Below are positions 54,381 through 63,609 of a stretch of 64,000 nucleotides of DNA, in pieces. A program made the translations under genes and the position numbers. Source of the DNA: Desulfobacterales bacterium (GTDB taxonomy: Bacteria > Desulfobacterota > Desulfobulbia > Desulfobulbales > BM004). Each line of letters opens with the position of its first letter. Within the stretch, counting starts at the first letter, position 1. The notes under the pieces are model-generated. The model worked only from the letters and a program-made list of their open reading frames with translations, ran no database searches and was not told where the DNA came from. Where the stretch lies: contig JAKITW010000006.1 of assembly GCA_021647905.1 (NCBI GenBank), forward strand, positions 30 to 64,029, given 5' to 3'.

Positions 54381-54445
54381 AGGGCTCCAAATGTTATATT
54401 CCTATGACGGTTAAAGCAACGCGAAAATCGGTGTTGGAGGTATTT

Positions 54446-55660
54446 ATGGACATTTTGATTAAGCCTCCGGCAAGAATTTTACGCGCCCTTCTATGGCACG
54501 CTTGGGGTCGGTGGATTGTTCTTGGGCGAACCGCGATAAAGAGCTTTTTTAAAAAATATACCAGTTATCCTGTAATTAGGGTGGGTGGTGGCACTTCAGG
54601 AAAAGCTCTTCTGTGTTATGTGTTGGAGCCTCATCTGTCCAATTATGATAACTCACAAAGAAGCGTTCACTGCAACCAATGGCGGACACTTGCAATTGCA
54701 GAAATTATTAAATCATTAGGGTTTACAGTTGATGTTACGGACTGGCGAAACTGGTGGTCTCCTCATGCCAAGAACTACGACCTTGTGATTGGCCTTGGGC
54801 GGGCATACACAAGTAGCTGTAAAAAAAAGGCAAAGGGATGTACGAAAATTTATTTAGGAACAGGGGCTTTTTTTGACCAAGCAATCGCAGGAGAAGAGTT
54901 ACGGATTGAAAATCTTTACCAACGCAAAGGTAAAAAACTTACCCGTCGTTATCGAACCGAGAGAGACCTCGGACCTTTGTTTTCAGATGCCATTTTTGTA
55001 ATTGGTAGCGACTGGGTGGTAGAAACATATAAGCAGATATCTCAATCTCCGATCTATAAACTTCCAAATTCGGTTGTGACTGGTGTTTCGAATACGACCG
55101 AGCGAAAAGATTACAAGGTGGCACGAAGGCATTTTCTTTGGCTTGCAAGCTTTGGAGCTGTTCATCGGGGGCTTGATTTGCTTTTGGAGGTTTTTTCCGA
55201 CTTGCCGGAGTATCATCTCTGGATTTGCGGGAATGTGAGTAGGGAGTCAGATTTTGTAGCCATCTATGATGAGGAATTAAATCATACACCCAATATTCAC
55301 CATGTTGGGTGGGTTGACGTCACTAGCAAAAAATTTGAGGAACTGACTGCGCGTTGTGCTTATCATGTTTTTCCTTCCGCATCAGACGGAATGCCCGGTG
55401 CTGTAATCAATTCGATGAAAGCAGGATTAATACCAGTATTAACTATTGAATCAGGTATGGAAACCCGAGGGCATAGCTTTTTAATTCAAGAATGTAGCCT
55501 TGACGGAATTCGCCGAATTATACAACAAGCCGCAGACGTTGACCCGAAAACATTGCAAGAAGAGGCTGAAGCAATTGTTTCTTTTGTTGAAAACAAATAT
55601 ACAAAACAGAGCTTTGCTGAAAGTTTTCGTGGCCACTTACTTTCGGTGTTAAATCGCTGA
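54446..55660 (+). CDS. GT-B fold glycosyltransferase-like protein (GT4-like, divergent)
   Basis: ORF 54404..55660. ATG54446 lies 5 nt after GGAGG and just outside the IS right end. The C-terminal half, HFLWLASFGAVHRGLDLLLEVF...VFPSASDGMPGAVINSMKAGLIPV, resembles the GT1/GT4 nucleotide-sugar binding region. Confidence 0.55.
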   Translation: MDILIKPPARILRALLWHAWGRWIVLGRTAIKSFFKKYTSYPVIRVGGGTSGKALLCYVLEPHLSNYDNSQRSVHCNQWRTLAIAEIIKSLGFTVDVTDWRNWWSPHAKNYDLVIGLGRAYTSSCKKKAKGCTKIYLGTGAFFDQAIAGEELRIENLYQRKGKKLTRRYRTERDLGPLFSDAIFVIGSDWVVETYKQISQSPIYKLPNSVVTGVSNTTERKDYKVARRHFLWLASFGAVHRGLDLLLEVFSDLPEYHLWICGNVSRESDFVAIYDEELNHTPNIHHVGWVDVTSKKFEELTARCAYHVFPSASDGMPGAVINSMKAGLIPVLTIESGMETRGHSFLIQECSLDGIRRIIQQAADVDPKTLQEEAEAIVSFVENKYTKQSFAESFRGHLLSVLNR

Positions 55661-55704
55661 GATGGCAAGTTGAATTGGTGATAATCTTGATGTGTTAAGG
55701 TCCT

Positions 55705-56664
55705 ATGGTTCAATTCATGGACGCATGTAGAAAATGCAGGGTTTGTTCAAGTAAAAAACTCCAATTATTGGGATGTTGTCCTCCTATTCCTTCTTCTGTA
55801 GTCGAGTTTTTTCCCAAAGAAATCAAAGCCGGGATAAACCCAGGTTCTCTATGGAGGTGTCAACAATGTGGAGTAGGGTTGCGTATCCCTTGTTTTACGG
55901 AGGGCCAACTTGAGGCAATCTATAAAAGGATGCCTTCAGGCCAGATGAACTATATTTTCCAGACGAATGAAGCCTGGCGAAGAACACGTGAGTACCTCGT
56001 CCGAATCTGGGGTGAAAATGATCAACCTTTTGTGCTCGACATTGGATGCAATGAGGGACTTTTCCTGGCAGGGTTACCTGTTTCCTGGAAAAGGCACGGA
56101 ATTGAAGCTTCAAGAGAGTCTTGCTTGACGGCACGATCCAACCAAATAAAAATCATTGGCCATTTTTTGGGTGATGACCCCACGCCTTGGCATGGTCGAT
56201 TTGATATTGTCTGTCTTTTTGATGTGTTTGAGCACCTTCCGAACCCTCAAAAAGGCTTAGCGCAAGCCCTTCGTTTTTTAAAACCCGGGGGTCTTTTTTT
56301 TGTTAGTACCGGGAATATAAGGGGATGGACGTGGCAGTGGCTAGGGCCGCAGAATTATTACTTGGCAACGCCGCTCCATCTTTCTTTTGCATCGCCAGAA
56401 TTTTTTCGTTGGTTCTCTCGGCGTTTTTCAGCGCAGTTAGTAAAAATTATACCGATTAGCCACCGAGCAGGTGGGACGAGGGAAAAAATTGAAGACTTGA
56501 TTTCTGTTTTATACGAGGGCTTTAGGCAAAAGGGTGGGCTCTTTCGTATACCTCAACGGGCAATTCAATTTCTCCCACGCTGGCGACATCTGATGCATAA
56601 AACAAGGCCCCCGTTTTCAGTACACTTGAAAGATCACATTTTGGTTGTTATGCGGCTGGAATGA
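55705..56664 (+). CDS. class I SAM-dependent methyltransferase with N-terminal Cys4 Zn-ribbon
   Basis: 319 aa. CRKCRVC...CQQCG, then VLDIGCNEGLF (motif I) and FDIVCLFDVFEHLPNP...LKPGGLFFVST. Confidence 0.75.
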   Translation: MVQFMDACRKCRVCSSKKLQLLGCCPPIPSSVVEFFPKEIKAGINPGSLWRCQQCGVGLRIPCFTEGQLEAIYKRMPSGQMNYIFQTNEAWRRTREYLVRIWGENDQPFVLDIGCNEGLFLAGLPVSWKRHGIEASRESCLTARSNQIKIIGHFLGDDPTPWHGRFDIVCLFDVFEHLPNPQKGLAQALRFLKPGGLFFVSTGNIRGWTWQWLGPQNYYLATPLHLSFASPEFFRWFSRRFSAQLVKIIPISHRAGGTREKIEDLISVLYEGFRQKGGLFRIPQRAIQFLPRWRHLMHKTRPPFSVHLKDHILVVMRLE

Positions 56665-56799
56665 AACGTGCTTCTATAGGAACAATAACGGCAGAATTGG
56701 GCTGGGATCATTGAGTGTTAATAAGGACCACCAAACGCACAGAATCCTGTTTACTGAATGCTTTCTTTATGGGGCAGATAATTAGGAGTACCATTTTGT

Positions 56800-57861
56800 A
56801 TGAAATCGGTAGGATCGAAAAAACTTATCATCACCGGCTCCAGCGGCCTGATCGGCTCCGAGGCGGCCGCCTATTTTGACACACTGGGCTGGAAGGTGCA
56901 TGGGGTGGACAACAACATGCGGGCCGATTTTTTCGGGCCCGACGGCGACACCACCTGGAACCTCAAGCGTCTTCAGGCCTCTTGTAATAATTTCACCCAC
57001 CACCATCTTGATATCCGGGACCGGGGGGCCGTGCTCAAGCTCTGCGCCGAGATCGACTACGACCTGATGATCCATGCCGCGGCCCAGCCTTCCCATGACC
57101 TGGCGGCCAGCCGGGCCTTTGATGATTTCGACGTCAATGCGGTGGGTACCCTGAATCTGCTCGAGGCCACCCGGCAATACCGGCCCGAGGCGGTCTTCTG
57201 TTTTACCAGCACCAACAAGGTCTACGGCGACGCCCCCAACGAGATTCCTTTGCAGGAGTTGGAAACCCGGTGGGACTATGCCCGGCCCGAGGACTATAAC
57301 GGCATTGATGAAAACTGCCGGATCGACCACTGCAAGCACAGCCTGTTCGGCGCCTCCAAGGTGGCGGCCGATATCATGGTCCAGGAGTATGGCCGCTATT
57401 TCGGGATGAAAACGGGTTGCTTTCGCGGCGGTTGCCTGACCGGGTCCCATCACAGCGCTGCGGAGCTGCACGGGTTTCTCGCCTATGTGATGCGGGCCAC
57501 CTTTGAGGGAAGAAAATTCCGCATTTTTGGCTACAAGGGCAAACAGGTCCGTGATAATCTTCATGCCTATGACGTGTGCCGGGCCCTGCACGAGTTCTAC
57601 AAGAATCCCCGCTGCGGTGAGGCCTATAACCTGGGCGGGGGCCGGGAGAACTCCGTCTCGGTGCTGGAGGCCATAGACAGGGCGGAACAGGCGCTGGCAA
57701 AAAAACTGGCCTGGACCTATGTGGACGACAATCGCATCGGCGACCATATCTGCTACATCACCGACCTGACAAAACTTAAGAATCATTTTCCCGATTGGTC
57801 CGTCACCCGCAGCCTGGATGATATTTTTGAGGAAATGGGCCGGGCCTGCCGGGCCAGGTAA
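56800..57861 (+). CDS. NAD-dependent sugar-nucleotide epimerase/dehydratase (extended SDR; CDP-paratose-2-epimerase-like)
   Basis: 353 aa. [16 protein letters not shown] (Rossmann GxxGxxG), STNKVYGD, then [10 protein letters not shown] where YxxxK is expected. Aligns by eye with Salmonella RfbE. Confidence 0.8.
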   Translation: MKSVGSKKLIITGSSGLIGSEAAAYFDTLGWKVHGVDNNMRADFFGPDGDTTWNLKRLQASCNNFTHHHLDIRDRGAVLKLCAEIDYDLMIHAAAQPSHDLAASRAFDDFDVNAVGTLNLLEATRQYRPEAVFCFTSTNKVYGDAPNEIPLQELETRWDYARPEDYNGIDENCRIDHCKHSLFGASKVAADIMVQEYGRYFGMKTGCFRGGCLTGSHHSAAELHGFLAYVMRATFEGRKFRIFGYKGKQVRDNLHAYDVCRALHEFYKNPRCGEAYNLGGGRENSVSVLEAIDRAEQALAKKLAWTYVDDNRIGDHICYITDLTKLKNHFPDWSVTRSLDDIFEEMGRACRAR

Positions 57862-57908
57862 CTTTTATCCCATGCCGACAATGAAAATTCCCGAGCATTT
57901 CGCTTAAC

Positions 57909-59141
57909 ATGCCAAGGACAAGTTCGAAAAAAAACCCACGGCTTCTTGTCATTGGCGGTAGTCCCCCTGGAACCGGCTGCGTAGGCGAGATAATATTACG
58001 GGATATCTGCCTGAATTATCCCGCTGATCACATATGTTGTTTTTCCGTCTGTCATTTTAAATATATAAACTCATATACTCCTCCTCCGGAATTGACCAAC
58101 ATGCCTATTCGTTTGGGTATCTGGAAACACGAGCATGGATATAGGCCTTTTCCCGGAATCCTGGGTTTCCTTGCGGTGTTCATCGCCGGGAGTGTCGCCT
58201 TGCCACGGGATGCGAAAAGGCTTGTCAGGGAGGCGGTGGCTTTTGGGAGAGAGCACCGTATTGACAAGGTATTGATGATTCTCGATACCACCACGACAAT
58301 AGCCATGGGAGCGGAGGTCGCCCGACAGTTATCCGTCCCGCTCCTCTCCCTTGTCTGGGATGCGCCTGAATATTTTTTGGTGGGCAGAAAATGGGATCGT
58401 TTTACACGGAATAAATTGCTCGCCCGGTTCGGAGAAACACTGGGCCTGTCTGAGAAGGTGGCGGTGGTCTCGGAGACCATGCAAAAGGACTATAAGAAAA
58501 AGTATGGGGCCAGGACCGTCATTGTCCGCCATGGCCTGCGGATGGAAGACTCCATAGAGCAGGCGGCGCGTTTTTCAACCCCCACTGATTTTGTCATCGG
58601 CTTTGCCGGCGGCCTCTATGCGCTCAGTGCATGGGAAGCCTTGTTGCAGGCCCTGGCAGAATGTGACTGGCACATTGCCGGCCGGCAAGTCGTGCTCAAG
58701 GTCCTGGGGTGGAATTTTCATTTCCGCACTAAAAAGAAGATGAATATTCACTTCCTCGGCTGGCGATCACCAGAGGAGGCCGCTGCAATACTGGCCGGTT
58801 GCAATGTGAATTATCTCCCCCATCCTTTTGAGCCGGAATTGTACCACCTGGCCCACTATTCGTTCCCAACCAAGATGAGCACCTACCTGGCGGCCGGCCG
58901 GCCGGTATTTGTTCATGCCCCACCCCAGTCCTCCTTGACCCCCTTCTGTACCCGGAATCAGGTCGGTATGTTATGTGAATCACTTGATCCGGCAGAAATC
59001 ATTGCGGGATTGAAGAAATTAGCTTCCGATCAAGACTATTATTCCGAGTCGGCCCGGCAGGTGTTTGCTTTAACCAGAACCGAGTTTAATAAAGAACACT
59101 TCCTGCGCTCTTTTGCCGAGTTTATCGGTATTGCATCGTAA
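57909..59141 (+). CDS. hypothetical protein, probable GT-B glycosyltransferase-like
   Basis: 410 aa. No clear EX7E motif. SFPTKMSTYLAAGRPVFVH resembles the C-terminal acceptor/donor loop of GT4-like enzymes. Sits inside the glycan cluster. Confidence 0.4.
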   Translation: MPRTSSKKNPRLLVIGGSPPGTGCVGEIILRDICLNYPADHICCFSVCHFKYINSYTPPPELTNMPIRLGIWKHEHGYRPFPGILGFLAVFIAGSVALPRDAKRLVREAVAFGREHRIDKVLMILDTTTTIAMGAEVARQLSVPLLSLVWDAPEYFLVGRKWDRFTRNKLLARFGETLGLSEKVAVVSETMQKDYKKKYGARTVIVRHGLRMEDSIEQAARFSTPTDFVIGFAGGLYALSAWEALLQALAECDWHIAGRQVVLKVLGWNFHFRTKKKMNIHFLGWRSPEEAAAILAGCNVNYLPHPFEPELYHLAHYSFPTKMSTYLAAGRPVFVHAPPQSSLTPFCTRNQVGMLCESLDPAEIIAGLKKLASDQDYYSESARQVFALTRTEFNKEHFLRSFAEFIGIAS

Positions 59142-60471
59142 CGGGATTACTGTGACCACGACTTGCCCACCGAAGAGAGCCCTTATTCTTTATTCGGCAG
59201 CCTCCGGCGCCTGCGGGATAGGCACATGGGTTGATATGTTGAATGCGGCCCTGCGTAAACATGGTTGGGACGTCCGGGTCGGACTTGCCTGGGGAAGAAA
59301 ATATCACGACCCACGAAAGGTAGAGGCCATGCGGCCGGACCTGAAAACAGTCTGGCTTGATGGCAGGACCGGCACTGAAGAGGGCCGAATCCGCGCCATT
59401 GAAAAGGCAATAAAAACAATTCGGCCGGATGTTGTTATTCTGACCTGCCTCCATGATGCCTTTGAGGCGGTGCGACGACTGCGGTATCGCGGGGAGAAAT
59501 TTCGCCTGCTGGCCACCAACCATGGCAACCTGCCGACCCAGGCGGCTGCGCTGTTGGAGCACCGGGATAGTATCGATATGGTGGTGTGCGTGAGCCGACT
59601 CAGCTACGAGGTGATGGCCAAGGCGCCGTCCGGGTTTGAGCCGGAAAGGATTCTCCATGTCGCCAATGCGGTGCCCCTTTCCTCTTCCGGACTTAAGCGG
59701 AAGAAAAGAATCCCGCATCGGGTCGGCTATGCCGGTCGCCTGAGTGATGACAAAAGAGCCCGTGACCTTGTCCCCTTTTTTGCGGAGATGCGGAAGAATT
59801 GTCCGGCTGCCGAGCTCTGGATCGCCGGGGCTGGCGAGGCGGAAGAAGAGATACGGGCCTTGGCCGAATCCTACCCCGGCAAGGTGCGGTTCCTTGGGCA
59901 GTTGTCACCAAGGCAGATGAATACTGATTTTTATCCGCAAGTGGATGTGCTGGTCCATTTTTCGCCCTCCGAGGCGTGGGGGTATACCCTGGCCGAGGCG
60001 ATGTCCCACCGGGTGGTGGTGGTGGCATCCGATTTCCGGGGGGTATATGCCGACCGGCTCCTTGAAAACGGAGTTAACAGCCGGATTTTTCCGGTGGGCG
60101 ATACTGCCCGAGCGGCCCAACTGGTTTGTCGTCTTTTGGCCCAGCCGGAAGAGTATGACCGTCTTGCCGACCAGGCCAAAAGGCATATTGAACGGTTTTT
60201 TTCCCTGGACACCTTTGCCGACTCCTGGAGCAAGGCGCTTGCCAGGTGTATGGAACTGCCGCCCCTCGCCCGGCCGTCCCGTCCGGCCTCTCTCAATCGA
60301 AAGGGCCGACGGGGCATGCCCGAGTCTTTCTGGGAAGGGATGCGCCGTCTTTTGGGGCGCAGGGTCCCCCATGCCAGCCCGGGCGAGGAGTGGCCCCACT
60401 ATCAATGTCATGACCAGGAGTTGATGAAACGTATGGAAGAATCACTGCACCGGGCAATGAACATAAAATGA
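59113..60471 (+). CDS. glycosyltransferase family 4-like (paralog 1) with ~90-aa C-terminal extension
   Basis: 452 aa. VGYAGRLSDDKRARDL, FSPSEAWGYTLAEAMSHRVVVVAS (EX7E). Start ambiguous (TTG59113, TTG59131 or GTG59152). Confidence 0.8.
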   Translation: MPSLSVLHRNGITVTTTCPPKRALILYSAASGACGIGTWVDMLNAALRKHGWDVRVGLAWGRKYHDPRKVEAMRPDLKTVWLDGRTGTEEGRIRAIEKAIKTIRPDVVILTCLHDAFEAVRRLRYRGEKFRLLATNHGNLPTQAAALLEHRDSIDMVVCVSRLSYEVMAKAPSGFEPERILHVANAVPLSSSGLKRKKRIPHRVGYAGRLSDDKRARDLVPFFAEMRKNCPAAELWIAGAGEAEEEIRALAESYPGKVRFLGQLSPRQMNTDFYPQVDVLVHFSPSEAWGYTLAEAMSHRVVVVASDFRGVYADRLLENGVNSRIFPVGDTARAAQLVCRLLAQPEEYDRLADQAKRHIERFFSLDTFADSWSKALARCMELPPLARPSRPASLNRKGRRGMPESFWEGMRRLLGRRVPHASPGEEWPHYQCHDQELMKRMEESLHRAMNIK

Positions 60472-60480
60472 GCACGGGTT

Positions 60481-61815
60481 GTGAATAAGCCGCAACGGAT
60501 TTTAGTTATCACTCCGTCCGCCTATATCCTGAGCGGGCTGGCCACCTGGCTCGATTATCTGGAGCCGGGATTGCGCAGCCAGGGATGGGAGGTCGTTGTC
60601 GGCCTGGTGGCGGGACCCCGCTTTCATCTCCCGGAGAGATATCTTGCCGAACATCCCCACCAGGAGTGGCTCCCGGTCTACTGCGGGACCGGCACTGCCG
60701 AGGGGCGGGTACAGGCGGTCTGCAAAGCCATAAAAAAAGTTCGGCCCGCGCTTGTTGTCAGCGTCAATATTCCAGATGCAATACTAGGTGTTGCCAGGCT
60801 GCGGCGGGCAGGGTGGAAAGAACTGAGGGTTGCCATGGCGGTCCATGGTATCCAGCCGGACCTCTATCGGGACATGTCCGCCCATCGGGACCTCCTCGAC
60901 GGGGTTATCTGCACCAACCGGCTCGCCTGCGAGCTTGCTGCGGTTGTGGGAGAAATGGAACGGAGCAGGATATATTATGCCCCATGCGGGGTGGACCTTC
61001 CCCGGCCCGGGAAGGGGAACCCGACCCGGAACCCGGACAAGGCTATGCGCATCGCCTGGGTTGGCAGATTGGAACAGGAACAGAAGCGGATCCATGACCT
61101 GGAGGGGATCGTCAAGTCCCTGGCCTCCCGGGATGTTTCCTTTACCCTGCTAATTGCCGGCACCGGTCCGGAAGAGACCTCTCTTGCAGAACAACTGACA
61201 GATGCTGTTGCCCGGGAGCAGGTAATATTTCTAGGATACCTCTCCCCTTATGAACTGCGAACCCGGGTTTTTGAGGAGGCCGATGTTCTGCTGGTGACCT
61301 CATCCTGGGAGACCGGTCCCCTGGTGATATGGGAGGTCATGGCCCATGGAATTGCCGTGGTCAGTTCCGCCTATGTCGGTTCGGGGCGTGAACGTGCCTT
61401 GAAGGATAAGAACAATGTTTTGCTTTTTGATGTCGGCGATACCAGGGGTGCAACGGACTGCCTGGAGAAGCTATCGAGAGATCCGGATCTACGGCAGGCC
61501 CTGGCCGGCCAGGGAGAGAAACTGATTCGGGAACGGTATACGATTGGGACATCGGTGCGGAATTGGCGCCGGGCCTTTGCCAGGATAGCGGAACATCCCC
61601 CTTTGGGCAGCCATGCCCTGGAACCGGCTCAGCCGCCGGCCGGCCGGTTGGACCGCCTTTTAGGGAGGCGGGGGGCAGAGGGTCTTCGAGCCCTGTTGCG
61701 AACCAGGGCCGGGGTCAGCGATCCAAGTGGAGAGTGGCCCCATACCCATTCCGGCTCGGCACCCGATGATGAGGGCTTTTGGGTCGTGGCAAAGCAACTG
61801 GATCGCCGGGGCTGA
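60481..61815 (+). CDS. glycosyltransferase family 4-like (paralog 2) with C-terminal extension
   Basis: 444 aa, GTG start. IAWVGRLEQEQKRIHDL, TSSWETGPLVIWEVMAHGIAVVSS (EX7E). Colinear similarity to 59113..60471. Confidence 0.8.
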   Translation: MNKPQRILVITPSAYILSGLATWLDYLEPGLRSQGWEVVVGLVAGPRFHLPERYLAEHPHQEWLPVYCGTGTAEGRVQAVCKAIKKVRPALVVSVNIPDAILGVARLRRAGWKELRVAMAVHGIQPDLYRDMSAHRDLLDGVICTNRLACELAAVVGEMERSRIYYAPCGVDLPRPGKGNPTRNPDKAMRIAWVGRLEQEQKRIHDLEGIVKSLASRDVSFTLLIAGTGPEETSLAEQLTDAVAREQVIFLGYLSPYELRTRVFEEADVLLVTSSWETGPLVIWEVMAHGIAVVSSAYVGSGRERALKDKNNVLLFDVGDTRGATDCLEKLSRDPDLRQALAGQGEKLIRERYTIGTSVRNWRRAFARIAEHPPLGSHALEPAQPPAGRLDRLLGRRGAEGLRALLRTRAGVSDPSGEWPHTHSGSAPDDEGFWVVAKQLDRRG

Positions 61816-61854
61816 ACGGGTTCGGGGGAGAAGAATAAAAACGGGCAACGGATT

Positions 61855-62463
61855 ATGGGACTTTCTTCTTTGAAAAACATCTTCCGGGCTATCGCCCTGC
61901 TCCGTTATCCGGAGCTGCTTGCCTATCTGGGGGAGCGGCGCTTTGAGATGCTGGAACTGAAACGGATCCGCCATCATTTTCCCACCGCGGTCCTGTCCGA
62001 TCATCTTGAACTTTGCGCCTATCAAAGGGAACTCCTCATCTTGGGAGAGAAGGTATCGATTGGCCGGGGCACAACGTTGTCCTTCGGCGATGACAGCAAC
62101 GGATACGGACGAATTACCATTGGCCGGGGGACATGGATCGGCCAGTATAACAATATACGTGCCTGTGAGGACGGGCCGGTAACCATAGGCGCTCATTGTC
62201 TCATCTCGCAGTTCTGCTCCCTGGTGGGCTCCGACCATGCCATGGAAAAAGAGCGGCTGATCATCGAGCAGGGAGCGGATCGGAGCCGACTCGGGGTGAC
62301 CCTTGCCGATGACGTCTGGCTCGGCGCTGGGGTGACAGTGATGCCCGGGGTGACCCTTGGCACCGGGGCGGTGGCGGGTGCCAATTCCGTAGTGCTGGAG
62401 TCGGTTCCGGCCTATGAGATATGGGCCGGAAGCCCGGCAAGAAAGATTGGCGAGCGAAAATAG
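61855..62463 (+). CDS. left-handed beta-helix (hexapeptide-repeat) O-acetyltransferase
   Basis: 202 aa. ITIGRGTWIGQYNNI, VTIGAHCLISQ, VWLGAGVTVMPGVTLGTGAVAGANSVV, IWAGSPARKIG. Confidence 0.85.
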   Translation: MGLSSLKNIFRAIALLRYPELLAYLGERRFEMLELKRIRHHFPTAVLSDHLELCAYQRELLILGEKVSIGRGTTLSFGDDSNGYGRITIGRGTWIGQYNNIRACEDGPVTIGAHCLISQFCSLVGSDHAMEKERLIIEQGADRSRLGVTLADDVWLGAGVTVMPGVTLGTGAVAGANSVVLESVPAYEIWAGSPARKIGERK

Positions 62464-62548
62464 ATGTTCTTGCAGGTAAGCGAATGAAAAGAGACTCCGA
62501 AAAGCTCAAAGGTTTCAAATGCCATCGAGCAACTTCAACAAATTGGTA

Positions 62549-62609
62549 AGACGATACACGTCGGTCGTCTGACGACACGATTTCAGACGACTGGCACGTG
62601 TCTTTTTTT
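62549..62609 (+). terminator. double hairpin plus T7 tract after the acetyltransferase gene
   Basis: AGACGA-N10-TCGTCT (62549-62570), then GACACG (62574-62579)-N17-CGTGTC (62597-62602), followed by TTTTTTT (62603-62609). Confidence 0.45.
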
Positions 62610-62643
62610 CCGAAACCGACAACATAATTTGTTACACACTGGA

Positions 62644-63576
62644 ATGGAAGAGATTCAACCGGTTTTCATTATTGGGTGCCCTCGGTCCGGCACCACTGTT
62701 TTTCAACGATTCCTGGCGGCCCATAACCGGTTTGCCTGGGTGTCGGATAAGTTGAACCAGCAGCCGGACCGGCTTGAGATCGCCAAGGAAAATAGGCTCT
62801 ATGATCTTCCCTTGATCGGCATCCGAAACTATATCAAAAGACGGCCGAACACACCCCACCCGGTGGAGCCGTGGAATTTCTGGAACCATTACCTGAAAAA
62901 TTTTCAATGGCAGCGACATGGCCCGGTTCCTCCCAGAAGGAGGACCAGGGAAGATATCTTTCCGGAGGAGATTGAAAGGCTGAGGTCGGCCGTAAATCGC
63001 ATCTGCGTCTCTCTCAACAAGGGGCATTTTCTGTCAAAGTATACTGATTTCCCTCGTATCGTCTATCTGCGCCAGGTTTTTCCCAACGCCAAATTTATCC
63101 ACCTGGTACGGGATGGCCGGGCTGTTGCCTTTTCCTATTACAACCGGGTCCGGAAGGGTGATTTCGCCACCTGGGAAGAGCGCGACTGGTGGATAAAGGG
63201 ATGGCCGGAAGAGTGGCGCAATGATTTTCTCAACAAACGAAACAACCCTCTCGGGCTTGTCACCTACCAGTGGAAGTTCTTTTTGGACGAGATCTGGGCC
63301 GATGCCGAGACGCTTCCAGGGAAGGACTACCTTGAGATAAGCTATGAGGACTTTATTGCCCGGCCCCAACAGGTAATCGGCCGGGTCCTTGATTTCAGCG
63401 GATTACGTTTCACCGCGCGGATGAAGTGGTTTGTGGAGCATTATCCCCTGGCAGATATGAACAGGAAGTGGCGTGAAAAATTGGCTCCGCAACAGATACA
63501 AATGATTCATGAAATCATAACGGAAAAAAGGTTTGCGAATCTCCTTGTTGGTGAGCAAGGCATGGTGAGGTGGTAG
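62644..63576 (+). CDS. PAPS-dependent sulfotransferase family protein
   Basis: ORF 62629..63576. ATG62644 preferred. FIIGCPRSGTT (5'-PSB loop) and IHLVRDGRAVAFS (3'-PB motif). Confidence 0.8.
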   Translation: MEEIQPVFIIGCPRSGTTVFQRFLAAHNRFAWVSDKLNQQPDRLEIAKENRLYDLPLIGIRNYIKRRPNTPHPVEPWNFWNHYLKNFQWQRHGPVPPRRRTREDIFPEEIERLRSAVNRICVSLNKGHFLSKYTDFPRIVYLRQVFPNAKFIHLVRDGRAVAFSYYNRVRKGDFATWEERDWWIKGWPEEWRNDFLNKRNNPLGLVTYQWKFFLDEIWADAETLPGKDYLEISYEDFIARPQQVIGRVLDFSGLRFTARMKWFVEHYPLADMNRKWREKLAPQQIQMIHEIITEKRFANLLVGEQGMVRW

Positions 63577-63583
63577 GCAAACA

Positions 63584-63602
63584 TGGCCCAGCCATGCTGG
63601 TT
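63584..63602 (-). repeat. isolated P1 module of the intergenic repeat
   Basis: The reverse complement reads AACCAGCATGGCTGGgCCA, 18/19 matches to the P1 core of copies A, B and D. Lies 8 nt after the sulfotransferase stop. Confidence 0.6.
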
Positions 63603-63609
63603 ATTTGCT

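Larger units (their letters stand above)
52336..54433 (+). mobile_element. insertion sequence (~2.1 kb) with 14-bp perfect terminal inverted repeats and one DDE transposase gene
   Basis: CACCGATTTTCGCG at 52336-52349 and its exact reverse complement CGCGAAAATCGGTG at 54420-54433. They bracket the transposase ORF. No obvious target-site duplication. Confidence 0.7.

Noticed and set aside
54404-54445. Upstream start of the first GT gene (MTVKATRKSVLEVF...)
   Set aside because: That start would lie inside the IS right end and inverted repeat. ATG54446 has a GGAGG Shine-Dalgarno and begins just outside the IS.
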